64,000 bases of DNA from a virus (Duplodnaviria > Caudoviricetes): the IMG/VR virus record IMGVR_UViG_3300032307_000764, positions 184,192-248,191 of that record. One strand, given 5' to 3'. The translations under genes and the position numbers were made by a program. Positions 27,319 to 36,874 of the stretch are shown piece after piece. The notes under the pieces are model-generated. The model saw nothing but the letters and a program-made list of their open reading frames with translations, had not been told where the DNA came from and made no database searches. Numbering within the stretch: the first letter of the stretch is position 1; every line of letters begins with the position of its first letter.

Positions 27319-27878
27319 TTTTAAAAAATATGATAGAGAATATACATTTATGGAATGCAGATAGAGGAACTTATTTTGATAGAAATGTCAATATAATTTC
27401 TTGGAGCGATGAATATAGGATCAATGTTGGAAAGTATTGTTCGATAGGTAGAGATTGTAATTTCTTTCTACATGCTAATCATAGATCTGATTGGATTACA
27501 ACAAGTTCACAGCTGTTAGGACCGGTTACTAACGAGATTGCAGAAATGCACATGGGAATGGGTCATCCGTCTTGTAAGGGAGATATAACAATTGGAAGTG
27601 ATGTTTGGATTGGTGCAAAAGCAACAATAATGTCAGGTATTAAAATCGGACACGGAGCGATTGTTGCCGCAGGTTCTTTAGTTACAAAGGATGTTGAGCC
27701 ATATTCTGTTGTAGGAGGAAACCCAGCAAAACATTTAAAGTATAGATTTAGTGATCAACAAATCATTGACCTATTAGATATAGCTTGGTGGAATTGGGAC
27801 GAATCGAAGATAAAAGAAAATGCGATGCTGATGTGGAGCAAGGACATAAATTATTTTATTAAAAAATATAAAGGATGA
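27315..27878 (+). CDS. CatB/Vat-related O-acetyltransferase
   Basis: VGKYCSIG...KGDITIGSDVWIG...VGGNPAK...IAWWNW. Confidence 0.9.
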   Translation: MILKNMIENIHLWNADRGTYFDRNVNIISWSDEYRINVGKYCSIGRDCNFFLHANHRSDWITTSSQLLGPVTNEIAEMHMGMGHPSCKGDITIGSDVWIGAKATIMSGIKIGHGAIVAAGSLVTKDVEPYSVVGGNPAKHLKYRFSDQQIIDLLDIAWWNWDESKIKENAMLMWSKDINYFIKKYKG

Positions 27879-28717
27879 TTACCGTAATATACAACGAAGA
27901 AGGGATTAGAGTTAATGCAGACGAAATTAGCAAATACAATAAAAATACTCCCCTAAGATTAAAAATAAAAAAACATGTAAGCGGTGAGGAGCAATGGGCA
28001 ACGGATCTAAATGACAATTGGTTTGCTACTTTCCCGAACACTGAAATGTTTGATGTTGAGATATTCGATAGTAAAGATATGCTAATCTACAAAAAAGAAT
28101 GGGACATTATGGAACACGGAAACCATTTCTATAAATCGATGTTTATATTTAACAAGGGAATACTATCATCTGGTAAATTCCCAAGGGGTCTGGTTATAGG
28201 AACTCACGACGGTGAATTTGGCGAATGGGTACCAATTGTAGAAAAAAGAGAGTGTGAGGTCGTATTGGTTGAAGCTTCAGAAAAACAATTTAATAGACTA
28301 AAGAATAATTATAGAGATAATTCATTGGTTAAAACAGTTCAGCAATTAGTAACAACTAACGGTGATGATGTTGAATTTTTTGAGGGAGGAGCGGGTTATA
28401 CTAATACAATAGTAGAAAATGTTATAAGAAATTGGGAAACTGAAGAGATTAGTTCATCAAAAAGAAAATCAATTAGTATTACTGATTTAATTATAAATGA
28501 ATGTAATGGACACATAGATTGGTTACATCTAGATGTTGAAGGATTGGACGCCGAGTTAATTATGAGTATAGACGAATCTAAAATTAAATTGCCGAATCTT
28601 ATCATATTTGAGGATTATAATTTACCACAGGATAAAAAAGATGAAATTTATAATTGGTTTCATGATAGAGGATATCAAACTTATTCTAATGGAGGAATTT
28701 GTGAAGCAATTAAATAG
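27875..28717 (+). CDS. FkbM family methyltransferase
   Basis: LVIGTHDG...VLVEAS...IDWLHLDVEGLDAELI...IIFE. Confidence 0.85.
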   Translation: MITVIYNEEGIRVNADEISKYNKNTPLRLKIKKHVSGEEQWATDLNDNWFATFPNTEMFDVEIFDSKDMLIYKKEWDIMEHGNHFYKSMFIFNKGILSSGKFPRGLVIGTHDGEFGEWVPIVEKRECEVVLVEASEKQFNRLKNNYRDNSLVKTVQQLVTTNGDDVEFFEGGAGYTNTIVENVIRNWETEEISSSKRKSISITDLIINECNGHIDWLHLDVEGLDAELIMSIDESKIKLPNLIIFEDYNLPQDKKDEIYNWFHDRGYQTYSNGGICEAIK

Positions 28718-28766
28718 GATTTTTTAATATTATTTTCTGATATATAATCCTACAATATCATTTCAT

Positions 28767-28952
28767 ATGGGACAGTACGAAGATACATTTTATGAGATTT
28801 ACGAACAAGTCGAGGAAAAAGGACTTAGGGATCAATTTTATAAACAGCTGGACAAAATGAAACATCAAGATAAACATAAGTATAAAAGTGTAAAGGATCT
28901 TTGGGAATATGCCTATAGAAGGATAACCGGTCAAATCTCAACTCCTGTTTAA
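28767..28952 (+). CDS. Hypothetical protein
   Basis: ORF after GATATATAA. Confidence 0.7.
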   Translation: MGQYEDTFYEIYEQVEEKGLRDQFYKQLDKMKHQDKHKYKSVKDLWEYAYRRITGQISTPV

Positions 28953-28964
28953 TCTACTTTTATT

Positions 28965-29381
28965 ATGACAACATTTTTTTATCTAATGGCTATATTTTAC
29001 TTCTTTAGCCGCTTTTCTAAAATTTTAGATCCTTCTAGAGATATAAAGGAAATGTCTAGATTTTCTGATAAGGAATTTTTCGATAATGCTGATTCTAAAG
29101 GAAAGAGCGAAGGATGTGCTTGGGCTCTTAAAAATTTCATATTTTCTATATGGTGTATTATTGGAATAGCTTTCTCGAATGTGTGGGGAGCTTTTGCATT
29201 ATTAATGATGGTAGGTGTTGTTTCTGGCTTGTTTAAGAAGATATTAGGCAAAGATCGGGAGAAAACATTAGAAATAGTTTTAAAGGTCGTACAGCACTCT
29301 ATTTCAGCCATTATATTGCTTTACATTTTCTTTTCTTACTTCCACCCTGAAGCATCACAGTATATGAAATCCCTTATATAG
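28965..29381 (+). CDS. Multi-TM membrane protein
   Basis: 3-4 hydrophobic segments. Confidence 0.75.
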   Translation: MTTFFYLMAIFYFFSRFSKILDPSRDIKEMSRFSDKEFFDNADSKGKSEGCAWALKNFIFSIWCIIGIAFSNVWGAFALLMMVGVVSGLFKKILGKDREKTLEIVLKVVQHSISAIILLYIFFSYFHPEASQYMKSLI

Positions 29382-29438
29382 GTATCAATAAAAAAGTCCA
29401 AGTAAACCTGGACTTTTTTATTATGTGTTTAATTGGTT

Positions 29439-30035
29439 TCAGAAGTAGGTGTTCTCGAAATAAAGAACGTCCAATCTATTGTTAACATCTACTAATTCTA
29501 AGGCATTTAAGAAATCAGAATATTCTTCTACCTCTCCGTTTTGTATGTCAACATATTTTTGGATGAAATTAAAAGTTGCAGGATCCATAGAATCTAATTC
29601 TTTTTGATCCTCTGAATATTTCATTAACAAATTATATTCAAGATCGTAAGCCTTATTTATAATGTCAACAAGATTTTCAAATTTTTGTGATGTTGGAACC
29701 TGTGGTATTGCTGGCATTAAGTTCCATTGTGTTAAATAGTCTTGTATTCCTTGTGCATGTCCTAGTTCTCCTTCGGCTTCAGAATTAAAGAATGCTGCTG
29801 CTTTTTTGTAATTTGTGTTTTTACACCAATTAGCTGCATTTCTGTAGAAATAATAAGCTGTGTATTCGTCTCCAAGTCTTTCGTTAAGTATAGACTCAAC
29901 ATCAGATGAAAGAGTTTTAGGCTTAATCATTGGAGATTTTAAATCCATTACTGGTTGAGTTTCAGCAGGTAAATTTGGTGTCATCTCGTTTTGTTCTTTT
30001 AAAGATTTGCCTCTGAACTTATCAAATGTTTCCAT
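29439..30035 (-). CDS. ftn: Non-heme ferritin with N-terminal extension
   Basis: LNERLGDEYTAYYFY...AAAFFNSEAEGELGHA...EYNL...QNGEVEE ferroxidase pattern. Confidence 0.85.
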   Translation of the reverse strand: METFDKFRGKSLKEQNEMTPNLPAETQPVMDLKSPMIKPKTLSSDVESILNERLGDEYTAYYFYRNAANWCKNTNYKKAAAFFNSEAEGELGHAQGIQDYLTQWNLMPAIPQVPTSQKFENLVDIINKAYDLEYNLLMKYSEDQKELDSMDPATFNFIQKYVDIQNGEVEEYSDFLNALELVDVNNRLDVLYFENTYF

Positions 30036-30110
30036 GCAAATTGTTTTTATATCTTCTATATATCTGGAAATCGTTTTTTTATTTTATTCGTTTTTTCTAC
30101 CTTTGTATCT

Positions 30111-30482
30111 ATGCTAAAAACAAAAGTTCGGTTTAATCTATCAAGGGGAAATAACTACAAAAAATGGAAGATAACATACCCAGGTGGAAATATAGAATAT
30201 CTAGATCCGAACGAAGTAACTTTAGTTATGAATAGGTGTAAGCTTAGAAATAACAAAAAGACAGCGGAGAGAATATTCAACGGAGAAGCTAAATCTGTTT
30301 GTGCATGGATATTGTGTGAATACGTAGTTATTACTGGAAGGTCAAAAGATACTTTAGAAGAACAACAAAGACTTAGATACAATCCTAGAGTAAAACCGAA
30401 TTGGGATTTTAAAGATATTAACGTTGATGGAAAAGATTTCAAAATTATAGAGAGCAGAGGTAATAGTCTCTATGTTATTTAA
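30111..30482 (+). CDS. Hypothetical phage protein
   Basis: 123-aa ORF. Confidence 0.8.
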   Translation: MLKTKVRFNLSRGNNYKKWKITYPGGNIEYLDPNEVTLVMNRCKLRNNKKTAERIFNGEAKSVCAWILCEYVVITGRSKDTLEEQQRLRYNPRVKPNWDFKDINVDGKDFKIIESRGNSLYVI

Positions 30483-30526
30483 GGAAATCATTTTTTTATT
30501 ATTTGAGAAATTTCTAAATTTGTGAT

Positions 30527-30736
30527 ATGGAATTAAACGCTAAACAGAAAAGAGCAATCGAAGAGCATTACGATTCGATGGATCCTCGAAACATTGAATT
30601 TGAAGATGCAGTAGAGTTAGTAACAGATCATTTGATCGACGAGAATCTTGTAGATCTTTCTGAAGACGAAGATGGAGATATGCACGAAGATCTTTACAAT
30701 TCAGTTTGGGAACATTTAGAATTTTATGTGGGATGA
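30527..30736 (+). CDS. Hypothetical acidic protein
   Basis: After bipartite promoter at 30486-30522. Confidence 0.75.
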   Translation: MELNAKQKRAIEEHYDSMDPRNIEFEDAVELVTDHLIDENLVDLSEDEDGDMHEDLYNSVWEHLEFYVG

Positions 30737-31044
30737 TGGAAAAAGAAAAATTAATCAATTATTTGAAAACTGAGGGTTACTACGAAATAAGAGAGATCCC
30801 AGGAAAAGGAATCTGTGGATTGAATCAATTTGCATTCACTACTGGATTAATGATAGGAATGACAGAGATAGGATATTACGGAAGATATTGTTATTCCTTA
30901 GAATCTGAAGCTCTTGAAGCATTGAATACATGGAACGGTGAAGGAGATCCTCCAGGACCGTGGATTAAATATAAAGGATCACCTTACGAAAGAAGTAATC
31001 CTTTAATGGAGAACGGATGTTTAAATTGTAAAGCAAATGGATAA
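30733..31044 (+). CDS. Hypothetical protein (start revised from 30706)
   Basis: ATGA overlap with the upstream stop. Confidence 0.75.
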   Translation: MMEKEKLINYLKTEGYYEIREIPGKGICGLNQFAFTTGLMIGMTEIGYYGRYCYSLESEALEALNTWNGEGDPPGPWIKYKGSPYERSNPLMENGCLNCKANG

Positions 31045-31636
31045 TATACTTATACCAGAGGATCTAAAGGCTATAATTTCTAAGGATAGTGACATATTCG
31101 AATACCTTAGATCCCCTAGGCATTCCATAGTCGAGAATTGGGAGAAGAGAGAAGATTTTAGAAGCGGTACATCATGGCACATACCGACTAAAGAACTTGT
31201 AGCTTCCATGGTTGAATATTCACCTCTGGTTTCTGTAGGATCTGGATTTGCTTATACTGAAAGCTTAGCTATTAAAGAAGGAGCAGACATTATAGCTACT
31301 GACTTATCACCAGATTCAAATAACCATTGGTGTAGGGACGGAAAATTCTATTGTGATGTTGAAAAATTAAAAGCTGACGAAGCTGTTAAAAAATATAAAG
31401 ACCGTAACGTTTTTATGGCTTGGCCTCCTTATGATAATCCTATGGCAGCAGAAGTTGTCGAAGCTATGGAGGTAGGAAAATATCTAGTATTTGTTGGAGA
31501 GTATCATGGAGGATGTACTGGAGATGACAATTTCTTTGAGATCCTTTATGCTAATTTCGAAGAGGTTTCTGATCTATCAATACCAAACTGGCCGGGTATC
31601 AGAGATTCATGTATAATCTATAAAAAAATAAAATAA
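31037..31636 (+). CDS. SAM-dependent methyltransferase-like protein
   Basis: LVSVGSGFAY...IIATD...VFMAWPPY...GEYHGGCTG. Confidence 0.65.
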   Translation: MDNILIPEDLKAIISKDSDIFEYLRSPRHSIVENWEKREDFRSGTSWHIPTKELVASMVEYSPLVSVGSGFAYTESLAIKEGADIIATDLSPDSNNHWCRDGKFYCDVEKLKADEAVKKYKDRNVFMAWPPYDNPMAAEVVEAMEVGKYLVFVGEYHGGCTGDDNFFEILYANFEEVSDLSIPNWPGIRDSCIIYKKIK

Positions 31637-31995
31637 TGGCTCTAAATTACGATCTAAGAGAAATTAATGGGTATAAAAGAAGAGTATTCTCCACTGTTAA
31701 ATCAGAATCAGGAGAAATCCAATACAAAATGAAATCTGTTCCCCAGACTATCGTGTTCCTTACCATGACAGTAGGGATGAGAGAAATAACAGAAAAAAAC
31801 TGGGAGAGATTTTACAATAGGGCTCATCTTATTGAGACTATACATGGAAGTTTCTACTTCGTAACAAAAAGAGGAAAATTGGTTCCGAAATATATTTCTA
31901 AGGATGATATCAAATCTATGATAGGTCTAAAAACCAATGCTTCCGAATTAACTACGAAGCAATTTATGAAAAGATTCGATTCACACCAGATATAA
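31636..31995 (+). CDS. Hypothetical protein
   Basis: Translationally coupled ORF. Confidence 0.75.
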   Translation: MALNYDLREINGYKRRVFSTVKSESGEIQYKMKSVPQTIVFLTMTVGMREITEKNWERFYNRAHLIETIHGSFYFVTKRGKLVPKYISKDDIKSMIGLKTNASELTTKQFMKRFDSHQI

Positions 31996-31997
31996 TT

Positions 31998-32351
31998 ATG
32001 CGTAACGAGAAGGGACAATTTATTAAAGGTCTATCTCCCTGGAATAAGGGTAAAAAAGGATTTAATCCTAGCCCTGATACACAATTTACATCTGGTGATC
32101 ACCACACGGGGGAAACACACAACAGCTGGAAAGGTGGTGTTCAGGTAATGAAAAAAGACTGTGTACATCTATGGGATGGTACAGGTAAAAGAGCAAGAAG
32201 ACCAAGGGTTGTTTATGAAATGTATCATGGCCCAATCCCTAAGGGATATGTAATAATCCACAAAGACGGAGATCATCATAACGATCACCCTTCAAATTTA
32301 ATGGCTATTTCTAGATCTGAAAATCTTAAAAGAAACAGGAAAAGAATATAG
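31998..32351 (+). mobile_element. Free-standing HNH homing-endonuclease-like gene
   Basis: KGQFIKGLSPWNKGKKG (NUMOD-like) and GPIPKGYVIIHKDGDHHNDHPSNLMAISRSEN. Confidence 0.8.
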
Positions 32352-32388
32352 AATCATTTTTTTATGTAATTAGATTTTTCTAAATTTG
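32352..32388 (+). promoter_or_regulatory. Bipartite early promoter for the sigma factor gene
   Basis: AATC at 32352, TAAATTTG at 32381. Confidence 0.8.
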
Positions 32389-32414
32389 CTCACTAACATT
32401 TTAAAATCTATCAA

Positions 32415-33275
32415 ATGAGGCAATTAAAGATCACTGCATCCATAACCAGTAGAAGCGATTATTCACTCGAAAAGTATCTTAGCGATATTTCTAAAGAGGA
32501 AATGATTAATTCTGAAGAGGAGGTTAGGCTAGCAAGAAAGATTAGAGAAGGTGATCAGGCTGCACTCGATAGATTAGTTAGAGCGAATCTAAGATTCGTG
32601 GTATCCGTTTCTAAGCAGTACCAAAATCAAGGTCTACCTCTTACAGATCTGATAAGTGAGGGAAATGTAGGATTAATTAAGGCCGCAAAAAAGTTTGATG
32701 AAACGCGAGGATTCAAATTTATTTCCTATGCCGTATGGTGGATTAGACAGTCTATACTTGAAGCATTAGCTGAAAAAGCCAGAATAGTTAGATTGCCACT
32801 AAATCAGGTAGGGGTTTTAAGTAAAATTAACAAGAGCATAACTAAGCTTGAGCAGGATCTAGAAAGACTACCATCACCCGATGAAATAGCCGAAGTCCTA
32901 GATCTTTCTGCTCATAAGGTGGAAGAATCTTTAAAGTCATACAGTAAGCACGTATCTATTGATGCTCCTTTAACCAATGATTCAGACTCTGGAAATTTAG
33001 TTGACGTAATGTCCAATGATGGTCCGGATTCAGATTACCTTTCAATAGAAAGATCTCTAAAAATAGAGATTGATAGAAGCTTAGATACTCTAAGTCAAAA
33101 GGAAAGGGAGGTATTAAAGTTATTTTACGGAATAGATGCAACCAATCCTATATCTTTAGATGAGATAGGTACTAAACTTAGTATTTCTAGAGAGCGGGTT
33201 AGACAGATACGTGAAAAATCAATTAAAAAATTAAGAGCAAATACTAGAAGCGGATTACTGAAATCTTACCTGTAA
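32415..33275 (+). CDS. rpoD: RNA polymerase sigma-70 factor, Bacteroidetes RpoD-like
   Basis: MRQLKITASIT...LVRANLRFVVSVSKQYQNQG...FDETRGFKFISYAVWWIRQSI...RERVRQIREK. Confidence 0.95.
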   Translation: MRQLKITASITSRSDYSLEKYLSDISKEEMINSEEEVRLARKIREGDQAALDRLVRANLRFVVSVSKQYQNQGLPLTDLISEGNVGLIKAAKKFDETRGFKFISYAVWWIRQSILEALAEKARIVRLPLNQVGVLSKINKSITKLEQDLERLPSPDEIAEVLDLSAHKVEESLKSYSKHVSIDAPLTNDSDSGNLVDVMSNDGPDSDYLSIERSLKIEIDRSLDTLSQKEREVLKLFYGIDATNPISLDEIGTKLSISRERVRQIREKSIKKLRANTRSGLLKSYL

Positions 33276-33288
33276 AGGTAAATACAGT

Positions 33289-33498
33289 ATGAAGCATTTT
33301 CTTAAGTATCTTATTGTATGGATAAGTCAAAACTTATCCATTCCTTTTTGGATTGTTGGTCATATACATCTAAGTGTTAATGTTTATGAGGATCTATACG
33401 AAATTCTAGCATCTCTTGGAATGAACATAATAGTTGCAACAGGATTTATCATAGACTATATAGACAATAAAAAGTCCACCAAAAAAGATGATATATAG
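33289..33498 (+). CDS. Small two-TM membrane protein
   Basis: Hydrophobic segments. Confidence 0.7.
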   Translation: MKHFLKYLIVWISQNLSIPFWIVGHIHLSVNVYEDLYEILASLGMNIIVATGFIIDYIDNKKSTKKDDI

Positions 33499-33520
33499 CT
33501 TATATTATTAAAATAGAATT

Positions 33521-35152
33521 ATGAGCAATATCGAATCTTTCCAGTCTTTTCACCTTAGAAATATGGGAATAGACTATGAGGATCTTTTTTCCTTACAAGA
33601 AAATAAATCGCAAGCAAAGTATTCATTTGAGGGATTTAAAAACTATTTTTCAGGACTTCTTTTAGAAAGTGACGGATACATTGACGAATCTCTATTAGAG
33701 GATTCATTTGCCTTCTATGAATACACTATGCTGTACGAAGCAAAGTCTCATTGGTTCGAATCTGAATCAATGAATAAAGCAATGTATCTGGACTGTGATT
33801 CACATATGATGATCTTTACAGAGGGAGAGGGATTCTTAATCGAAAAAAGGACTTTTACTAAAATTAATGAGTGGCTTACTATGGATGATATAGGTAAAGC
33901 ATGGAACTCATTAAAAAGTAAAACTAAATCAGCAGTAGATAATATTAAATCAGTTGCAGGAAAAACTTGGGATTCTATATCTTATGGAGCTAAAAAAGCT
34001 TGGGAATTTGTAAAAATGTGTGCTAATGCAGTTGCAGATTTTGTTAAAGGTATGACATTCTTGGAATGGGCAGCTTTAGGTTTAAGCTTACTTTCTGCAG
34101 TTCTTGGTATAGCTGGAGCAGCAACTACTGCTGTTGGAGTTGGTCCTGCACTTACTGCGATAGGTGGTGTTTGTCAAGGTATTTCTGGTGGAATTCACAT
34201 TTACGAAGGGGTTCATAAGTATAATGGTGCTATTAAAATATTTGGTAAATCTGGGATTACTCCACAGGCAAAATTATATTCTGCAATATCCATAGCATTG
34301 CCTGAGGTTCTTACAGGAGGGGTTTTGATAGCATTAGGAATTAATGACGTTGTACAATCAGCTACTGGACTTGTAGATCCTTCATCAGGTTCAAGAAGTG
34401 TTGCTACTAGCACATCATCTAAAATAACCCTTAAAAGCTTTATAAAAAGTATATCTAAACCTGGACATGCTATAGAACATGCAATCCACGGATTAGCTGA
34501 AGGAGCACTAAAGAAAGCTGGTATAGAGGTTTCGAAGGTAGCGGGAGAAGGAGTAGCTAGGGTTGCAACAACAGTTTTTGCTACTATAGCTCCTGCAATA
34601 ATGAGTAAATTATTTGGATGGCTTTTCGAGTTTATGTTAAAAGCAGGTAAAACTGTAACCAAAGGATTCGATTACCTAATTAATATTCCTTCTAAAATAT
34701 CTTCTGCTATAGCTAGCTTCCAAAAGAATGCAGATTCTACTTTGACTAAAATATTGTCTACAGGACTAGGAAAGATAGTTAAGCCGATGACCGATGGAGC
34801 AAGTTCAATTATTAAAAAATATGTCCAGCCGAATGTAAATTTTGCTAAAATTTGGATTGATCTACAGATTAAAGGATATAACGAAAATAAGAAGATTCTC
34901 GAAGAATATAAACACGAGCTTCATACAGGTATTAAGCACGAGCATAAAAAAGAGGATAAGGTTAAACCCATTTTTAAATTAGAAAAGAAAACTGACGTCC
35001 CTAAAAGTGATGTGGATAAATTAAATAAGCTAAACGATAAATCTAAAAACCAAGACAAATCGAAGAAAGCTAAGGTAAAAGGTAAGGTAAAAGAATCTCA
35101 AGTCTGGGAAATGAAATATATAAAAGGATTCGATAACCTAAACTTTATTTAA
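33521..35152 (+). CDS. Large protein with central G/A-rich hydrophobic helices, possibly an ejected membrane-inserting protein
   Basis: 543-aa ORF; MSNIESFQSF N-terminus; MKYIKGFDN motif near the C-terminus. Confidence 0.7.
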   Translation: MSNIESFQSFHLRNMGIDYEDLFSLQENKSQAKYSFEGFKNYFSGLLLESDGYIDESLLEDSFAFYEYTMLYEAKSHWFESESMNKAMYLDCDSHMMIFTEGEGFLIEKRTFTKINEWLTMDDIGKAWNSLKSKTKSAVDNIKSVAGKTWDSISYGAKKAWEFVKMCANAVADFVKGMTFLEWAALGLSLLSAVLGIAGAATTAVGVGPALTAIGGVCQGISGGIHIYEGVHKYNGAIKIFGKSGITPQAKLYSAISIALPEVLTGGVLIALGINDVVQSATGLVDPSSGSRSVATSTSSKITLKSFIKSISKPGHAIEHAIHGLAEGALKKAGIEVSKVAGEGVARVATTVFATIAPAIMSKLFGWLFEFMLKAGKTVTKGFDYLINIPSKISSAIASFQKNADSTLTKILSTGLGKIVKPMTDGASSIIKKYVQPNVNFAKIWIDLQIKGYNENKKILEEYKHELHTGIKHEHKKEDKVKPIFKLEKKTDVPKSDVDKLNKLNDKSKNQDKSKKAKVKGKVKESQVWEMKYIKGFDNLNFI

Positions 35153-35153
35153 T

Positions 35154-35363
35154 ATGATAATTTATACCTTATCAGTAATATTAGGGACTTTAATGTTCTC
35201 TATTGGTATTATCTTTTTTATTATATCACTATTTTCCCAAAAAGTAGAAAGGCCTTTTATCTTTCTAATCGGATGTCTCTTTTGGCCTTTTAGTCTAATT
35301 ATTATCTATGTCTACATATTTGTACATAATAAGTTCTTTTCTAAAAAATCATTTTTTTCTTAA
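35154..35363 (+). CDS. Small membrane protein
   Basis: Two hydrophobic segments. Confidence 0.6.
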   Translation: MIIYTLSVILGTLMFSIGIIFFIISLFSQKVERPFIFLIGCLFWPFSLIIIYVYIFVHNKFFSKKSFFS

Positions 35364-35399
35364 GAGAATATTCTATAAATTTGTATAAAATCCAAAAAA

Positions 35400-35852
35400 A
35401 TGAATAGAAGTTCAATCTTTATCATACTACCTACATTTATTACTACTATTGTTTTAATGTCGCTTAATGCTTGTAATTCCGGAACTGAAAAAAAAGTGGA
35501 TAAGCCTGAGATTATAGAAGCTAGTCACTATGCCATTTATACTCTGGAAGGATGTGAATATATTTTAGTCGGAGTTGGTAATAATAGATGGGGATCACAC
35601 AAAGGAAATTGTTCCAATCCCATACACAAAGGTCAGCATCCTAGTCCTTACGAGCTAGAATCATATGACATAGAAAAATCATTATTAGATGAGGAAAAGC
35701 ATTTTGACTGTTACGTAAACAGTATAGATCTGGACCCTAAAGATGGAAAAAAGTATTGGGTGGAAACCGAATGTGGTATTCTTTTTCAGAGTGACAAGCC
35801 TTATAAAGTTGGGGATGTGCTTAAAAATTTCAAGTCAGAGAAGCACAAATAA
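35400..35852 (+). CDS. Putative lipoprotein
   Basis: LMSLNAC lipobox-like motif; promoter at 35347-35383. Confidence 0.75.
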   Translation: MNRSSIFIILPTFITTIVLMSLNACNSGTEKKVDKPEIIEASHYAIYTLEGCEYILVGVGNNRWGSHKGNCSNPIHKGQHPSPYELESYDIEKSLLDEEKHFDCYVNSIDLDPKDGKKYWVETECGILFQSDKPYKVGDVLKNFKSEKHK

Positions 35853-35866
35853 TCCATGATATATAA

Positions 35867-36481
35867 ATGGTGAAACACATAAAACTTTTTGAAAATTTCG
35901 ATAATGCTTATAAATGGCCGGAAGCTAAATTCTGGATTGATAAGCTAGAACCAGAGGAGATATGTTTTCTTGGTCTATATTCACTAGATTCTAAGAAAGA
36001 AAAATTATTCCAATCCGAATATGAAGGACCTGATGATGCAGAATCTGACGAAAATGGATCGGGTTCTTTAGAAATGTTTTTTCAATTTCCTATAGCTAAA
36101 GGACAGGGATATTCAACGTTGTCATGCGAAATAAGTTTCAGTGGAGATTTCACAACTTTTCATCCTGGAGATTATTATACACCTCCTGAAGGCGGTGATT
36201 ATATCTTGGAAAATATAGAGACAGAATCAGCATATTATCTAGACGAGTCTGAGGATAAAGAATACGATCTTTTAGAAATGGAATACAGATCTGAGTTTAT
36301 TAAAAAAACCGATCTGATTAATATGATCGAATATTTTGCATTAAACAATATAAGCTACGGCGAGGATGAAACTGATGTAAAGAAGCCAGAAATACCTCAA
36401 GGACTACTAGAAAAGTGTGAGAATATAAGAAACCAAAATCCTGATATGCTTAAGGGCCACGGATTATTAAACAGATTTTAA
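35867..36481 (+). CDS. MKHIK-family acidic protein ending LKGHGLLNRF (start may be GTG 35870)
   Basis: GTG AAA CAC ATA AAA lies 3 nt after GATATATAA. Confidence 0.8.
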   Translation: MVKHIKLFENFDNAYKWPEAKFWIDKLEPEEICFLGLYSLDSKKEKLFQSEYEGPDDAESDENGSGSLEMFFQFPIAKGQGYSTLSCEISFSGDFTTFHPGDYYTPPEGGDYILENIETESAYYLDESEDKEYDLLEMEYRSEFIKKTDLINMIEYFALNNISYGEDETDVKKPEIPQGLLEKCENIRNQNPDMLKGHGLLNRF

Positions 36482-36554
36482 ACATTTTTCCACTATCTTA
36501 AAATAAAAATGGAACAATCCTTATTTTTTAGTGTATAAAAAGCTAAAAGATATT

Positions 36555-36836
36555 ATGAGAATTTTACTATTTTTAATCTATTTGTCCATTTCAGTTTCTG
36601 CAATTTCACAAAGCACAATGTCTGCTGGAGGTGAAAGAATTTCTTATTACACACCAAATAGAGATACTCTATGGTTAGTAAATAAGGAAATAGGTAGACT
36701 TATTGCATCCACTTGGGAAATGAGTACAGATGTAAAAGTCAAGCCAGTGATAGTATTAGTTGAAACTCTTCCTGTCAGAAATGAGGATCTTATAGAAGCA
36801 AAATATGTGAGACCAAGAAAAAGAAAGGATCAATAA
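36555..36836 (+). CDS. Secreted hypothetical protein
   Basis: Signal-peptide-like MRILLFLIYLSISVSAISQ. Confidence 0.7.
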   Translation: MRILLFLIYLSISVSAISQSTMSAGGERISYYTPNRDTLWLVNKEIGRLIASTWEMSTDVKVKPVIVLVETLPVRNEDLIEAKYVRPRKRKDQ

Positions 36837-36874
36837 TTTTTATTTTAAACCCGGATATATAAAATAAAAAAAAG

